Shown here piece after piece: positions 34,158-42,806 of a stretch of 46,331 bases of DNA. The notes under the pieces were generated by a model. The model made no database searches and had not been told where the DNA came from. It saw only the letters and a list, made by a program, of their open reading frames with translations. The stretch lies in the NCBI GenBank assembly GCA_015233355.1, contig JADFXY010000001.1, positions 1 to 46,331 on the forward strand. The letters are read 5' to 3'. Position numbers and translations under genes: made by a program. Source of the DNA: Deltaproteobacteria bacterium. Its GTDB lineage: Bacteria; Desulfobacterota; JADFXK01. The stretch's first letter is position 1, and every line of letters begins with the position of its first letter.

Positions 34158-35303
34158 ATGGCGCCACGCAAAATTATGATTGTGGAGGATGAAGCCATTG
34201 TGGCGCTCGACCTCAAGAGGATACTTGAGGATTTAGGTTATGTTGTCTGCGCCCGAACAGCTTCCGGTGAAAAGGCCGTTGCCCAGGTCGAAGAAGACCG
34301 CCCCGATCTTGTTCTGATGGATATTACTTTAGCCGGAAAGATGGACGGAATCGAGGCAGCCGAGATAATTCGTTACAGGTTTGATATTCCAGTTGTTTTT
34401 ACTACCGCATGGGCTGATGAAGAGGCGCTGACAAGAGTCAAATCGGCCTATCCCTTTGGCTACTTACTTAAGCCATATCAGGAACGGGATATTCGGATTA
34501 CGATTGACATGGCCTTCCATCTGGCACAGGCTGAGTCTGAAAGGAAGCTTGCGGAGGAAGCGTTACGTGAGAGTGAGAAAAAGTACAAAACCCTGATTGA
34601 AACGACTGACACCGGATTTGTGATTCTCGACCGGGAAGGAAGGGTTCTCGACGCTAACCCGAAGTTTGTCAGGTTAACCGGTAATACGCGGTTGATAGAT
34701 ATCCTTAATCGCCAAGTCACCGAGTGGACTGCGCCACATGATCTGGAACGAAATTCATCGGCGATCGGCCAGTGCTTAGAGCTGGGTTATGTCCGCCATC
34801 TTGTAATCGATTACGTGAACCAACAAGGATCATTTACCCCGGTTGAGATAAACGCCACCGTCGTGCCGACACCTGGAGGCCTCCGGATCATGTCGCTAAT
34901 CCGGGATATAACCGAGCGGAAACATACAGAGGATGCGATCTTGGCCGGTGAAAATTGGTTTAGATCAATTTTCGAGAACTTCCCTGTACCCTATCACTCC
35001 CTCGATGAATATGGCCGCTTCCTTGAGGTGAACGGCGCGCTCTGTGATCTGCTAGGGTTCAAAAGAGAAGACATTATCGGTAAAGAATTTGGAGATTTTT
35101 GCACCTCCGCGAGCAAGCCTTTATTTCATGAAATATATAAACAAGTTAAAGAGATAGGATGGGATGGCAATGCTGAACTGGCTTTAATCAACTCGGCAGG
35201 GGAAACAATTACGGTGCTGCTGACGTGCCGTGTTCAACCCCACCCCGTCACTAATGAATTTATTCGAACTCTTTGTATAATATATGATATTACCTCGCAA
35301 TAA
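34158..35303 (+). CDS. Response regulator: REC domain plus two PAS domains, no recognisable output domain (possibly 3'-truncated)
   Basis: IMIVEDE...VLMDITL...LLKPY receiver. PAS regions (SEKKYKTLIETTDTGFVILD; GENWFRSIFENFPVPYHSLD). The ORF stops right at the end of PAS2 (IIYDITSQ), 15 nt before the IS3 remnant ORF. Confidence 0.75.
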   Translation: MAPRKIMIVEDEAIVALDLKRILEDLGYVVCARTASGEKAVAQVEEDRPDLVLMDITLAGKMDGIEAAEIIRYRFDIPVVFTTAWADEEALTRVKSAYPFGYLLKPYQERDIRITIDMAFHLAQAESERKLAEEALRESEKKYKTLIETTDTGFVILDREGRVLDANPKFVRLTGNTRLIDILNRQVTEWTAPHDLERNSSAIGQCLELGYVRHLVIDYVNQQGSFTPVEINATVVPTPGGLRIMSLIRDITERKHTEDAILAGENWFRSIFENFPVPYHSLDEYGRFLEVNGALCDLLGFKREDIIGKEFGDFCTSASKPLFHEIYKQVKEIGWDGNAELALINSAGETITVLLTCRVQPHPVTNEFIRTLCIIYDITSQ

Positions 35304-35317
35304 GCTTAAGAGTGTTA

Positions 35318-35600
35318 TCACCCCAGCATCGGCACGAAGACGAAAAAGCCAGTGTATTCCGCCGAACTGTCAGTCGGATATCCAGTGCCGTGGTTGATCG
35401 GCGCCACGTGTAAGGTGCTCCCCCTTGTCAAGATAAATTTCTTCCACCTGGTTATTTGGTTGCCATGCACCCCATGCTCACCGGCAATCTCAGCCATGGT
35501 CCGGTGACCCTTTATCCCTTCCCTCGCCACCTCGCCCTAAAGCCGGAATCGTACCTCTTCCCCATCTCTTTCCGTTAAGTCCTCCCTGTTGGACTAATCA
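35318..35600 (-). pseudogene. IS3-family transposase orfA remnant with terminal repeat (frameshifted and truncated)
   Basis: The minus strand reads TGATTAGTCCAACAGGGAGGACTTAA..ATG MGKRYDSGFRAR. After a 1-nt frame change it continues VAREGIKGHRTMAEIAGEHGVHGNQITRWKK. This matches the conserved IS3/IS911 OrfA N-terminus (..FKAKVALEALKG..T.AELA.E.GVHPNQI.QWKK). Similarity is lost after about 50 codons and there is no orfB. Homology is only convincing for about 35430-35600. Confidence 0.6.
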
Positions 35601-35610
35601 AACCTGAGTT

Positions 35611-35760
35611 CGACCAGTTTTTTAATTAACTACCAAAAAAATGAATCCGCAGATTTCTCAGATCAACGCAGATGGAAATGACCCACCGACCTGTAACGGT
35701 CCGAATATGCGCTAACCAGTGCAATCTATCGGATTGAATCATGGCCCTTTATGATAAATG
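35611..35760. repeat. MITE/REP-like intergenic repeat, copy B
   Basis: CGACCAGTTTTTTAATTAACTACCAAAAAAATGAATCCGCAGATTTCTCAGATCAACGCAGAT...ATTGAATCATGGC. It is collinear with copy A across about 140 bp. The right arm is more degenerate. Confidence 0.7.
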
Positions 35761-35805
35761 TTACATTAAGGTGAAATCCGCTGTTGTGACCGAGTTATCA
35801 GGTAA

Positions 35806-35823
35806 TCGTCACTGTGCTGTAAC
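35806..35823 (+). promoter_or_regulatory. Pho-box-like direct repeat upstream of the CheY-like/arsC-like/phoB gene group (TCGTCAC tgtg CTGTAAC)
   Basis: Same 7+4+7 architecture as at 242-259, and nearly the same sequence (GTCAC-N6-GTAACAAT). It lies about 200 nt upstream of the ATG at 36029. Confidence 0.4.
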
Positions 35824-36028
35824 AATATGATGTTACCTTAACAACGTCTTTGAGACTTCAACCCGGCCGATATCAGCGAATGGTCGGCTGAAGTGAAAAA
35901 GTACGCCGATTGCAAGCCTGGAAACTGTTTTGTCCGGGATGGAAGGACTCAAAAATTTGTTGGCCAAATTCAAGCGAACCGACGATTATTTCAACCAAGA
36001 TTAAATTGCGGGATAACCAGGAGACTTT

Positions 36029-36409
36029 ATGGCCAAAGTATTAGTCGTGGATGATGAACAATACATCCGGGAAATGTATCTTGACGAGTTGACCGAAGAT
36101 GGACACGCCGTGGCGACTCTCGCCTCAGGATTGCACTTGAAAGAATCCTTAGACAGTCTGCAACCTGACGTGATGGTCTTGGACATTATGCTGGGTGGTG
36201 ATAATGGGCTTAATTTACTTCAGGAAATTCGTTCCGATAACTATAAGCTCCCGGTCATTCTGTGCAGCGCCAATGATTCCGGCAAATCAGATCCGCGGTC
36301 CCTGGCTGCGGAATATTATGTCATGAAATCATTTGATCTCTCAGAGCTGAAGAAAAGGGTCAACCAGGCTACCGATGGGATCAATTGCCGCCCCATCAGC
36401 CGGAACTGA
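36029..36409 (+). CDS. Single-domain (CheY-like) response regulator
   Basis: [13 protein letters not shown]...[14 protein letters not shown]...VILCSAN...YVMKSFD. There is no output domain. Confidence 0.8.
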   Translation: MAKVLVVDDEQYIREMYLDELTEDGHAVATLASGLHLKESLDSLQPDVMVLDIMLGGDNGLNLLQEIRSDNYKLPVILCSANDSGKSDPRSLAAEYYVMKSFDLSELKKRVNQATDGINCRPISRN

Positions 36410-36450
36410 AACATCGATCTCTTCCACCACCCGACGCGGAGGACTTCATT

Positions 36451-36906
36451 TTGGAGGTGATTGTGACCGGAAAATCCGCGGTTCTTTTTGTTTGTGTCCA
36501 TAATAGCGCCCGGAGCCAGATGGCGGAGGCTTTCTTGCATCACCTGGCCGGTGATCGTTTTGAAGCATCCAGCGCCGGTTTTGAACCAACCTGTATAAAT
36601 CCTTTAGTTATAGAGGTAATGCGGGAAGAAGGATTTGATCTGTCGGATCATCAAACCAAGAGTGTGTTTGAATTGTATAAGCAAGGAAAATTATATCGAT
36701 ATATCATAACCGTGTGCGATGAATCAACCGGCCAAAGATGTCCCGTTTTCCCTGGAATAGCCAAAAGACTGCATTGGAGCTTTGACGATCCGGCGTCATT
36801 CACCGGCAGTCATGAAGAAAAGTTGGCCTTAACCAGAAAAGTTCGGGACGAAATCATGGCCACAATTCAAGACTGGCTAAGTGGACCGGCTCCGGCCGCG
36901 GATTAA
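36451..36906 (+). CDS. Low-molecular-weight phosphatase family protein, ArsC-like (thioredoxin-type arsenate reductase) or LMW-PTP
   Basis: P-loop [18 protein letters not shown] (C-x5-R-S) and a downstream cysteine pair in [16 protein letters not shown]. The ORF track starts at 36385. I prefer TTG 36451 or GTG 36457/36463 after GGAGG. Confidence 0.7.
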   Translation: MEVIVTGKSAVLFVCVHNSARSQMAEAFLHHLAGDRFEASSAGFEPTCINPLVIEVMREEGFDLSDHQTKSVFELYKQGKLYRYIITVCDESTGQRCPVFPGIAKRLHWSFDDPASFTGSHEEKLALTRKVRDEIMATIQDWLSGPAPAAD

Positions 36907-36934
36907 GCGGCACTAAAAAAGGAAGAGAAAGCAA

Positions 36935-37630
36935 ATGTCCCAGGTGAACATATTAGTGGTGGAAGATGAGCAGGATATTCTCGACCTGGTGGAATACAAT
37001 CTTCAGCAAGAGGGCTTCCATGTCCTGCGGGCGATGGATGGACTGGCCGGAATTCAACTGGCCAAAAAAGAACGTCCTGATCTGGTCATCCTCGACCTCA
37101 TGCTGCCCAAGATGGATGGCAAGGAGGTTTGCCGCTCTATCCGCCAGGATGGCGAGACCAGTACCATGCCGATCATGATGCTGACGGCCAGGGCTGAAGA
37201 GATTGACCGGGTCATTGGGTTTGAACTGGGCGCGGACGATTACTTGACCAAGCCGTTCAGCCCCCGGGAACTGGTCCTTCGGGTCAGGGCCGTGCTCAGG
37301 CGGTTAAAAGATAAGGTGACATCTAATTCACTTATCCGATTTCCAGGCATCCTGATTGATCCGGAGAAGCATCGGGTCGAAATCGATGAACAGGATGTCC
37401 GATTGACCGCCACCGAGTTCAGATTGTTGCAATGTCTGGCGGCCAATTCAGGCAATGTCTTGACCAGGGAGGATTTGCTCGACCAGGTCTGGGGTTATGT
37501 TTATGATGGTTACGCCCGGACGGTCGATACCCATATCCGACGGCTCCGGAAGAAAATGGGTAATCAACAAGAACGGATCGATACTATTCGAGGTGTGGGA
37601 TATCGATTTCGGTCCGACCAGTTACAGTGA
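36935..37630 (+). CDS. phoB: OmpR-family winged-helix response regulator, PhoB-like
   Basis: Collinear by eye with E. coli PhoB (ILVVEDE..., DLVILDLMLP, MLTARAEEIDRVIGFELGADDYLTKPFSPRELVLRVRAVLRR, TATEFRLL, RTVDTHIRRLRKK, IRGVGYRF). No histidine kinase gene is adjacent. Confidence 0.75.
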   Translation: MSQVNILVVEDEQDILDLVEYNLQQEGFHVLRAMDGLAGIQLAKKERPDLVILDLMLPKMDGKEVCRSIRQDGETSTMPIMMLTARAEEIDRVIGFELGADDYLTKPFSPRELVLRVRAVLRRLKDKVTSNSLIRFPGILIDPEKHRVEIDEQDVRLTATEFRLLQCLAANSGNVLTREDLLDQVWGYVYDGYARTVDTHIRRLRKKMGNQQERIDTIRGVGYRFRSDQLQ

Positions 37631-37818
37631 GAGCGGTTGTCGGGTAATCGTCACCGAGTCTGCGTCGAAGTCCGCCCAAACCCGGTCAAATGTATCTAAC
37701 GGCCATGCCTGAGTCATTAATTCGTGACCGGACTAGACTCAGGCCGGCTTGCCCGGCGGGCGTTTGTTTTGTGCTATGCCCTTTTTAATATTCATTGATG
37801 CAATTTTCAGGAGGAACC

Positions 37819-38364
37819 ATGGGATCCCGTGAAATAAAGATAGAAAAAGTATTGAGCGTAGAAGAACTCTCCGGCTTTTTCAACCAGGTGATTGAAGGTC
37901 TGGAAGCGGCTAATTCGCTCAATGAACTGGGAGTTGATTTGCATGATTTCAGTAAAGTGTCTATCAGTCTCAAACGCCGTCAAGGTCAGGTGATGATGAA
38001 GTTAAAGGTAGAGCATGATCGGACTGCTTCGGGAGAGGAGGAAGACCTTATTGAAACAGATCATCCGGACCAGATCGCCACAAAATACAAAACCCTCAAG
38101 AAATCAATGAAAACCGGGATGAAGGTGATGGCCCAGTTCTTGAGCAATAATGAATTGCCGCCGAGGCTGGTGGTCCAGTCCTTCTTGAGCCAGGCCAATC
38201 AGATGATCACCTTTCCGGGCAAAGGGGACGAACATTATCTGGAGTTCGGTAAAGAATGTGATGACCTTAAGGTGGCATTCGACCAGGGCGACGTCAACTT
38301 AATGAGAATCAAGTGCGATGCACTGAACAGCCTCAAAAAGCAATGTCATGCCCAATTCAAGTAA
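37819..38364 (+). CDS. Amphi-Trp-like N-terminal domain protein with a C-terminal domain ending in a ...KQCH motif (candidate 'XXXCH-domain' protein)
   Basis: ATG at 37819 after AGGAGG. The N-terminus IKIEKVLSVEELSGFFNQVIEGLEAA...VMMKLKVEH parallels the three small paralogues downstream, with His where they have Trp. The C-terminus is ...ALNSLKKQCHAQFK. Confidence 0.5.
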   Translation: MGSREIKIEKVLSVEELSGFFNQVIEGLEAANSLNELGVDLHDFSKVSISLKRRQGQVMMKLKVEHDRTASGEEEDLIETDHPDQIATKYKTLKKSMKTGMKVMAQFLSNNELPPRLVVQSFLSQANQMITFPGKGDEHYLEFGKECDDLKVAFDQGDVNLMRIKCDALNSLKKQCHAQFK

Positions 38365-38396
38365 CCTCTGTCTTTGGTGGGTAAACAAGAAAATAA

Positions 38397-39554
38397 ATGG
38401 ATAACATTGATATTGAAACGGATACAGGCTGCGACCTCCTGGAAGACCTCCCGGACGAAGTGTCTGAAGCTGACGAACGGAATTTTCTAGGGCTTATTTC
38501 CACGGAACTCACTCCGAAGCAACGGGAAGAAATAGTCATTCCCCCGGTAGTTTTTCCGGAGCAGCAAAATGTTCTGGCGGTCCACTGGCATCCCGAGCAT
38601 GTCCCCTTAGACCTGATCGCCCGACGGATTGATGCGACCTTTCCCAATAAAACTGACGAGCTGATCATTCCGACCCAACATAATGTTTTGATGCGATATA
38701 ATGAGTGGTTCGGCGTGGAGGTCGATTGTTATTCGACCGGATTTAATCAAAAGGTCCAACTCCTGCTGCATTTCCACCACAGCAAGGAAGAAAAGGCCGG
38801 TGTCTTGAAATCCATGCTGACTTACACCTTCAAGTACCGGTCGCAGCAATTGTTTGATTATATCGAGACCATCGTTAAACCCCACCGGGACAGGCTGGAG
38901 CAGGCGGCCCGGATTACCGGGACAGATGAAAAGGTTATTGATCTGGTCATTAATTATGTCAAGCACCTGGTCCAGTTGTTGGAGCGGCATCGGGCGGCGG
39001 TATCGCCGGAGATGCTCAAAAATAAGTTATTACGGGATTTTTTCGACACCCTGCGGCCCCAATATGGACACGGGACGATTAATCGGGCCCAGGCTTTTTT
39101 GCGGGCGGTGAAGGAAATCGTCAAGGCTGATTTTCCCTTGCAGTATTTCTTTAGGACCTCTGAAATCATAGAGGAGGCCCGGTGTCTCGGATGCGGTATC
39201 TTGGTGCCCCATCCGGAGCAATTTTGGCCGATCTTGTTGGCGGAATATGATCTGGACGGTTATGAGGTCTGGAATCCTCAATCCCGAAAGTATACTGAAT
39301 TCTTGATTTCAGTGGTAGATCGAAGCAATCGCCGACAGGGCCCATCAAGGAGAAAGATGCTCCTGTTCATGGGTGACGACACCCACCTGGGCGAGAAGCT
39401 AAAGGATCCATCAGCTCAGTATCCGGATAAGGCCTGCCGGGAGATCGGCGTTCATCCCGCCTGGGATGATCTTAGTATCCGGAAAAAGATGATTTCGGCC
39501 GCGATGGATCGGCGGCAAGTCATTATTGAGTACCGCGACCGGCTGCTGGGGTAA
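38397..39554 (+). CDS. Hypothetical protein with PHP-domain-like motif series (TrpH/YciV-like phosphoesterase architecture)
   Basis: Ordered motifs: AVHWHPEH (HxH), IIPTQHN (xxH), FGVEVD (GxE), LLLHFHH, then a ~130-aa helical insert, then LVPHPEQF (HP), LDGYEVWN (xE.xN) and FMGDDTHLG (GDDxH). There is an acidic N-terminal extension. Motif-level recognition only. Confidence 0.4.
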   Translation: MDNIDIETDTGCDLLEDLPDEVSEADERNFLGLISTELTPKQREEIVIPPVVFPEQQNVLAVHWHPEHVPLDLIARRIDATFPNKTDELIIPTQHNVLMRYNEWFGVEVDCYSTGFNQKVQLLLHFHHSKEEKAGVLKSMLTYTFKYRSQQLFDYIETIVKPHRDRLEQAARITGTDEKVIDLVINYVKHLVQLLERHRAAVSPEMLKNKLLRDFFDTLRPQYGHGTINRAQAFLRAVKEIVKADFPLQYFFRTSEIIEEARCLGCGILVPHPEQFWPILLAEYDLDGYEVWNPQSRKYTEFLISVVDRSNRRQGPSRRKMLLFMGDDTHLGEKLKDPSAQYPDKACREIGVHPAWDDLSIRKKMISAAMDRRQVIIEYRDRLLG

Positions 39555-39668
39555 CCCGCCGGGGTGCCGATTAAGGGCGAGAGAGGCAGAATCCCTTGGA
39601 CCCTCAGGGTTAGAGGCCCGGTTCCGGGCCAATTCCATTCATGACTTTCATTCTCGGAGGCGACCAAC

Positions 39669-39941
39669 ATGTCCCAAAATGAAAAATTCGAATACGAATC
39701 CATTCAAGATAACGCCAGCGTTAGAAATTTTATCCAGTCTTTGCTTGATGGGATAGAGCAAGGCCGCATTATCCTGCAATCAAACGAGGATGAGATTATC
39801 ATGCATCCAAATAATTTACTCAAGCTTTCGGTCAAGGCCCGGAAAAAAGACGATCAAGGCCGGCTGAACATTAAGGTCTCGTGGAAAGAATCTAAATCTT
39901 CCGTCATCACCACACCGAACTCACTCAGGGTAACCGCGTAG
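39669..39941 (+). CDS. Small amphi-Trp domain protein (90 aa)
   Basis: KFEYESIQDNASVRNFIQSLLDGIEQGRIILQSNEDEIIMHPNNLLKLSVKARKKDDQGRLNIKVSWKE. This pattern is shared with 43929 and 44214. GGAGG RBS. Confidence 0.6.
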   Translation: MSQNEKFEYESIQDNASVRNFIQSLLDGIEQGRIILQSNEDEIIMHPNNLLKLSVKARKKDDQGRLNIKVSWKESKSSVITTPNSLRVTA

Positions 39942-39944
39942 GCC

Positions 39945-41594
39945 ATGCTAAATTTTGAAGGAATAGAAGAAAATCTTAAGTTTATCGTGCTGGAGACGCA
40001 GACTCAGGTCAGCGCCACTCGCGACTTGCTCCGGAATCGGAGTCAGATAGAATATGAAAGAATCGTCTCTCGCGACGATTACATCGATAATCTGAAAAAT
40101 CTTATCGAAAGCAGTTGCTTCACCAGGCTGGCCTCCGACCGGTTACTGGGCAAGGAAGAAATCAATGAAATAAGGGCAGTCCAAATAATTTGTATTAACC
40201 TGGAACGGATTGCCGATTACTCGGTTAATATCAGCCGGCAGATGGGCTACATGGATGAAGCTGAGTTTATTCATGAATTTGACTTCGAAAGTGTATTCCC
40301 AAAGATATCGGAAGGTATTTCCAGTATCTACACCGTGTTAAAGGATCGGAATCTGGCCGGGGCCTTAACCATCTGCCGGGTCGAATACGCCCTCGATGAA
40401 TGGTATAAGGTTAGTTTCGACGCCATCATGGATCGGCTAAGAGGCGGGCAAAACATCCAAAATTTGATTACCGTGCTCTTTATCTTTCGGTACTTGGAGC
40501 GGATTGGCGATGCCCTGCTCAACATCGGTGAGGCCTTGATTCTGGCCATCATCGGCGAAAAGATCAAGATTCACCAGTTCCAGGCTCTCCAGGAAACACT
40601 GTCCCGGTCGGGATTTGAGGGCAACCTGGAAGAACTCGATGTCCATTCAATTCTGGGCAGTAGGTCCGGCTGCATCATCAACCGGCTGGAGCAGCGGCGG
40701 TCCAATTGGTCCCAGGCACAAGAGAGTATCTTCAAGGAAGGCAACCTGCAAAAAATCCGCCGTGAAAAAGCCAACTTGGAACTGTGGGCGGAAAAGTATC
40801 CCGGTCTGACTCCCAAAATTTTAGGCTATTATGAGGAAGGCGACAAGGGCGCGCTGCTGGTCCAGTTTTTGGCCGGGTGCACCTTAGATGAAGTCATCCT
40901 GAATGCCGCGGAGGAACCGCTTCGGAATGCTTTCTTTATCCTGAAGCAAATACTCGAAGAAGTGTGGCGGCAGACCCGGCAGGACGGTCCTATGGCCACC
41001 GACTATCTCAACCAGATCCGGGCCAGACTGCCTCAGATTCACCGAGTCCATGAAAATTTTTCGCGGCCGGCCAAATATCTGGGCGTGACCAAGGTCGCCT
41101 CATCCGAAGAGCTTTTGTCTGCTTGCTCAGAAATTGAGAGCCGGCTTCCCGCACCCTTTGCCGTGTTGATTCATGGTGATTTCAACGTCAACAATGTCGT
41201 TTACAACCATGAACTGCAACGGGTCCACTTCATTGACCTGTACCGGTCCAGGTATGCCGATTACGTGCAAGATGTCTCGGTCTTTCTCATCTCGAATTTC
41301 AGGATCCCGGTTTTTGATGAAGAACTGAGATCCAGGTTAAACTGGATCATCGAAAAATTCTATGAGTTCTCCAGCCAATTGGCCTTGAGTTGGCAAGACC
41401 GGACGTTCAACGCCCGGCTGGCCCTGGCCCTGTCCAGATCCTTTTATACCTCCACCAGATTTGAATTAAACAAGGAATTCGCCCGAGAGATGTATTTGCG
41501 GGCTCATTTCTTAATGGAAAAAGTGGCCGGATATGGCGCGGCCGGCGGGTCCTGGACGGATTTTGTCTTTCCATTGTCTGTATTATATTATTAA
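39945..41594 (+). CDS. PhoU-domain / aminoglycoside-phosphotransferase-type kinase fusion protein
   Basis: The N-terminal ~210 aa hold two PhoU repeats (DDYIDNLKNLIE...NLERIADYSVNISRQ; LDEWYKVSFDAIMDRL...YLERIGDALLNIGEA). The C-terminal ~260 aa have the APH/choline-kinase catalytic loop LIHGDFNVNNVVY and VHFIDLYRS. The start is 4 nt after the preceding stop. Confidence 0.7.
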   Translation: MLNFEGIEENLKFIVLETQTQVSATRDLLRNRSQIEYERIVSRDDYIDNLKNLIESSCFTRLASDRLLGKEEINEIRAVQIICINLERIADYSVNISRQMGYMDEAEFIHEFDFESVFPKISEGISSIYTVLKDRNLAGALTICRVEYALDEWYKVSFDAIMDRLRGGQNIQNLITVLFIFRYLERIGDALLNIGEALILAIIGEKIKIHQFQALQETLSRSGFEGNLEELDVHSILGSRSGCIINRLEQRRSNWSQAQESIFKEGNLQKIRREKANLELWAEKYPGLTPKILGYYEEGDKGALLVQFLAGCTLDEVILNAAEEPLRNAFFILKQILEEVWRQTRQDGPMATDYLNQIRARLPQIHRVHENFSRPAKYLGVTKVASSEELLSACSEIESRLPAPFAVLIHGDFNVNNVVYNHELQRVHFIDLYRSRYADYVQDVSVFLISNFRIPVFDEELRSRLNWIIEKFYEFSSQLALSWQDRTFNARLALALSRSFYTSTRFELNKEFAREMYLRAHFLMEKVAGYGAAGGSWTDFVFPLSVLYY

Positions 41595-41629
41595 GTATAA
41601 CCTGACTTCGGCAAGTCTTATTGATTGGG

Positions 41630-41817
41630 AAACTGAAATGTATCCGCAGATTTCGCAGATGAACGCAGATGAAAGCGACCCACAGGCCATGCGATCATTT
41701 GCTTGACTTTGGCCGGCCGTGGCTTGAATACAAGCCTTCGGACACAAACGTTTTGTTTTTTTAATCTGCGCGAATCGGCGCAATCTGCGGATTGAATCAT
41801 GGCGTTGAAGTTGATAC
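41630..41817. repeat. MITE/REP-like intergenic repeat, copy C (long-core variant)
   Basis: Left arm CCGCAGATTTCGCAGATGAACGCAGAT (41644-41670). Right arm ATCTGCGCGAATCGGCGCAATCTGCGG (41764-41790), whose reverse complement CCGCAGATTGCGCCGATTCGCGCAGAT matches the left arm. Conserved tail ATTGAATCATGGC. Confidence 0.75.
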
Positions 41818-41870
41818 GCCACCTGCGGGAGAGCTGAGCCTTTTGCAGTAACCTGGTAAAGGAGTTAAGT

Positions 41871-42806
41871 GTGACCAGAATTGGTGTGGTTGGAATCAAA
41901 GGAAGCTGGTCTTCGGAAAAGTTGGCCGACGCGGTAGCTGAGATGACCGGCTTTAGGCTATTGATCGGCATGGATGAAGTAAGTTTGGACTTTGAATCGG
42001 GGCGGGCGTTTTTCCAGGGATGTGATTTGACCGAACTCGATGCTTTGATAATCAAGAAGATCGGCCTCACCTACTCGCCCAGCCTGCTGGACCGGTTGGA
42101 AGTCTTGCGTTATCTCAATAGCCGCGGCCTGCCCATGTTCTCCAAACCGGGCAACATCATTGGCGTCTTGAACCGGCTGTCTTGCACCGTCACCTTGCAA
42201 TCGGCCGGTATCCCCATGCCGCCGACTACTATCACCGAAGACGTTACCGAGGCCTTGAAGGCCGTCTCCGAGTATGGAGAAGCCGTTTTTAAACCTCTTT
42301 ACACGTCAAAGGCCCGCGGTATGGTGGTCATTAAGTCCGGTTATGGGACGAAGGAGGCCATCGAATCCTACCGGAGCGAATATTCCTCCATGTATATCCA
42401 AAAGAAGATAGATATCCCAGGTAAGGACCTGGGGGTGGTGTTTTTGGGCGGCGAATACCTGACCACCTATGCCCGATGCCGGGTCCCCGGTTCATGGACC
42501 ACGACTACTTTTTTCGGAGGCCAATATGAACCGTATGATCCGCCGCCGGCCATTATTGACTTAGCCGGCCGGGCCCAAAGTTGCTTTGGCCTGGACTTTA
42601 CCTGTGTTGACGTGGCCGAGACCGGTGCCGGACCGGTTGTCTTTGAAGTATCGGCTTTTGGAGGATTTCGGGGCTTGGAAAAGGCCCAGGGCATTGACGC
42701 CGCCGAGAAGTACGTCACCTATGTTTTAGCGAGGCTCGCATCATGGAAGAAAATCCCATCTCAGCCCTTGACCTCATTAGCCGGTTGCGGACAACGTACC
42801 CGGTAA
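41871..42806 (+). CDS. RimK-like ATP-grasp ligase
   Basis: GTG start after AAAGGAG. ATP-grasp pattern: AVFKPLYTSKARGMVVIK, MYIQKKIDIPGKDLGVVFLGGEYL, FTCVDVAETGAGPVVFEVSAFGGFRGL. Confidence 0.7.
   Translation: MTRIGVVGIKGSWSSEKLADAVAEMTGFRLLIGMDEVSLDFESGRAFFQGCDLTELDALIIKKIGLTYSPSLLDRLEVLRYLNSRGLPMFSKPGNIIGVLNRLSCTVTLQSAGIPMPPTTITEDVTEALKAVSEYGEAVFKPLYTSKARGMVVIKSGYGTKEAIESYRSEYSSMYIQKKIDIPGKDLGVVFLGGEYLTTYARCRVPGSWTTTTFFGGQYEPYDPPPAIIDLAGRAQSCFGLDFTCVDVAETGAGPVVFEVSAFGGFRGLEKAQGIDAAEKYVTYVLARLASWKKIPSQPLTSLAGCGQRTR

Noticed and set aside
38397-39554. Whether this ORF is the CofD-like component expected in a canonical GAK locus
   Set aside because: It lacks the glycine-rich N-terminal nucleotide-binding-type motif and the overall pattern I associate with CofD/YvcK proteins. 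The motif order fits a PHP-type phosphoesterase better.
41583-42070. Minus-strand ORFs of 79 aa and 150 aa spanning the gap between the PhoU-kinase and ATP-grasp genes
   Set aside because: They run through MITE-like repeat copy C, and the longer one overlaps the 5' end of the ATP-grasp gene. Their peptides (RRFAQIKK..., SSAFICEICGY...) are the typical translation artefact of this repeat. The same applies to 10948-11232 (-) over the degenerate copy.
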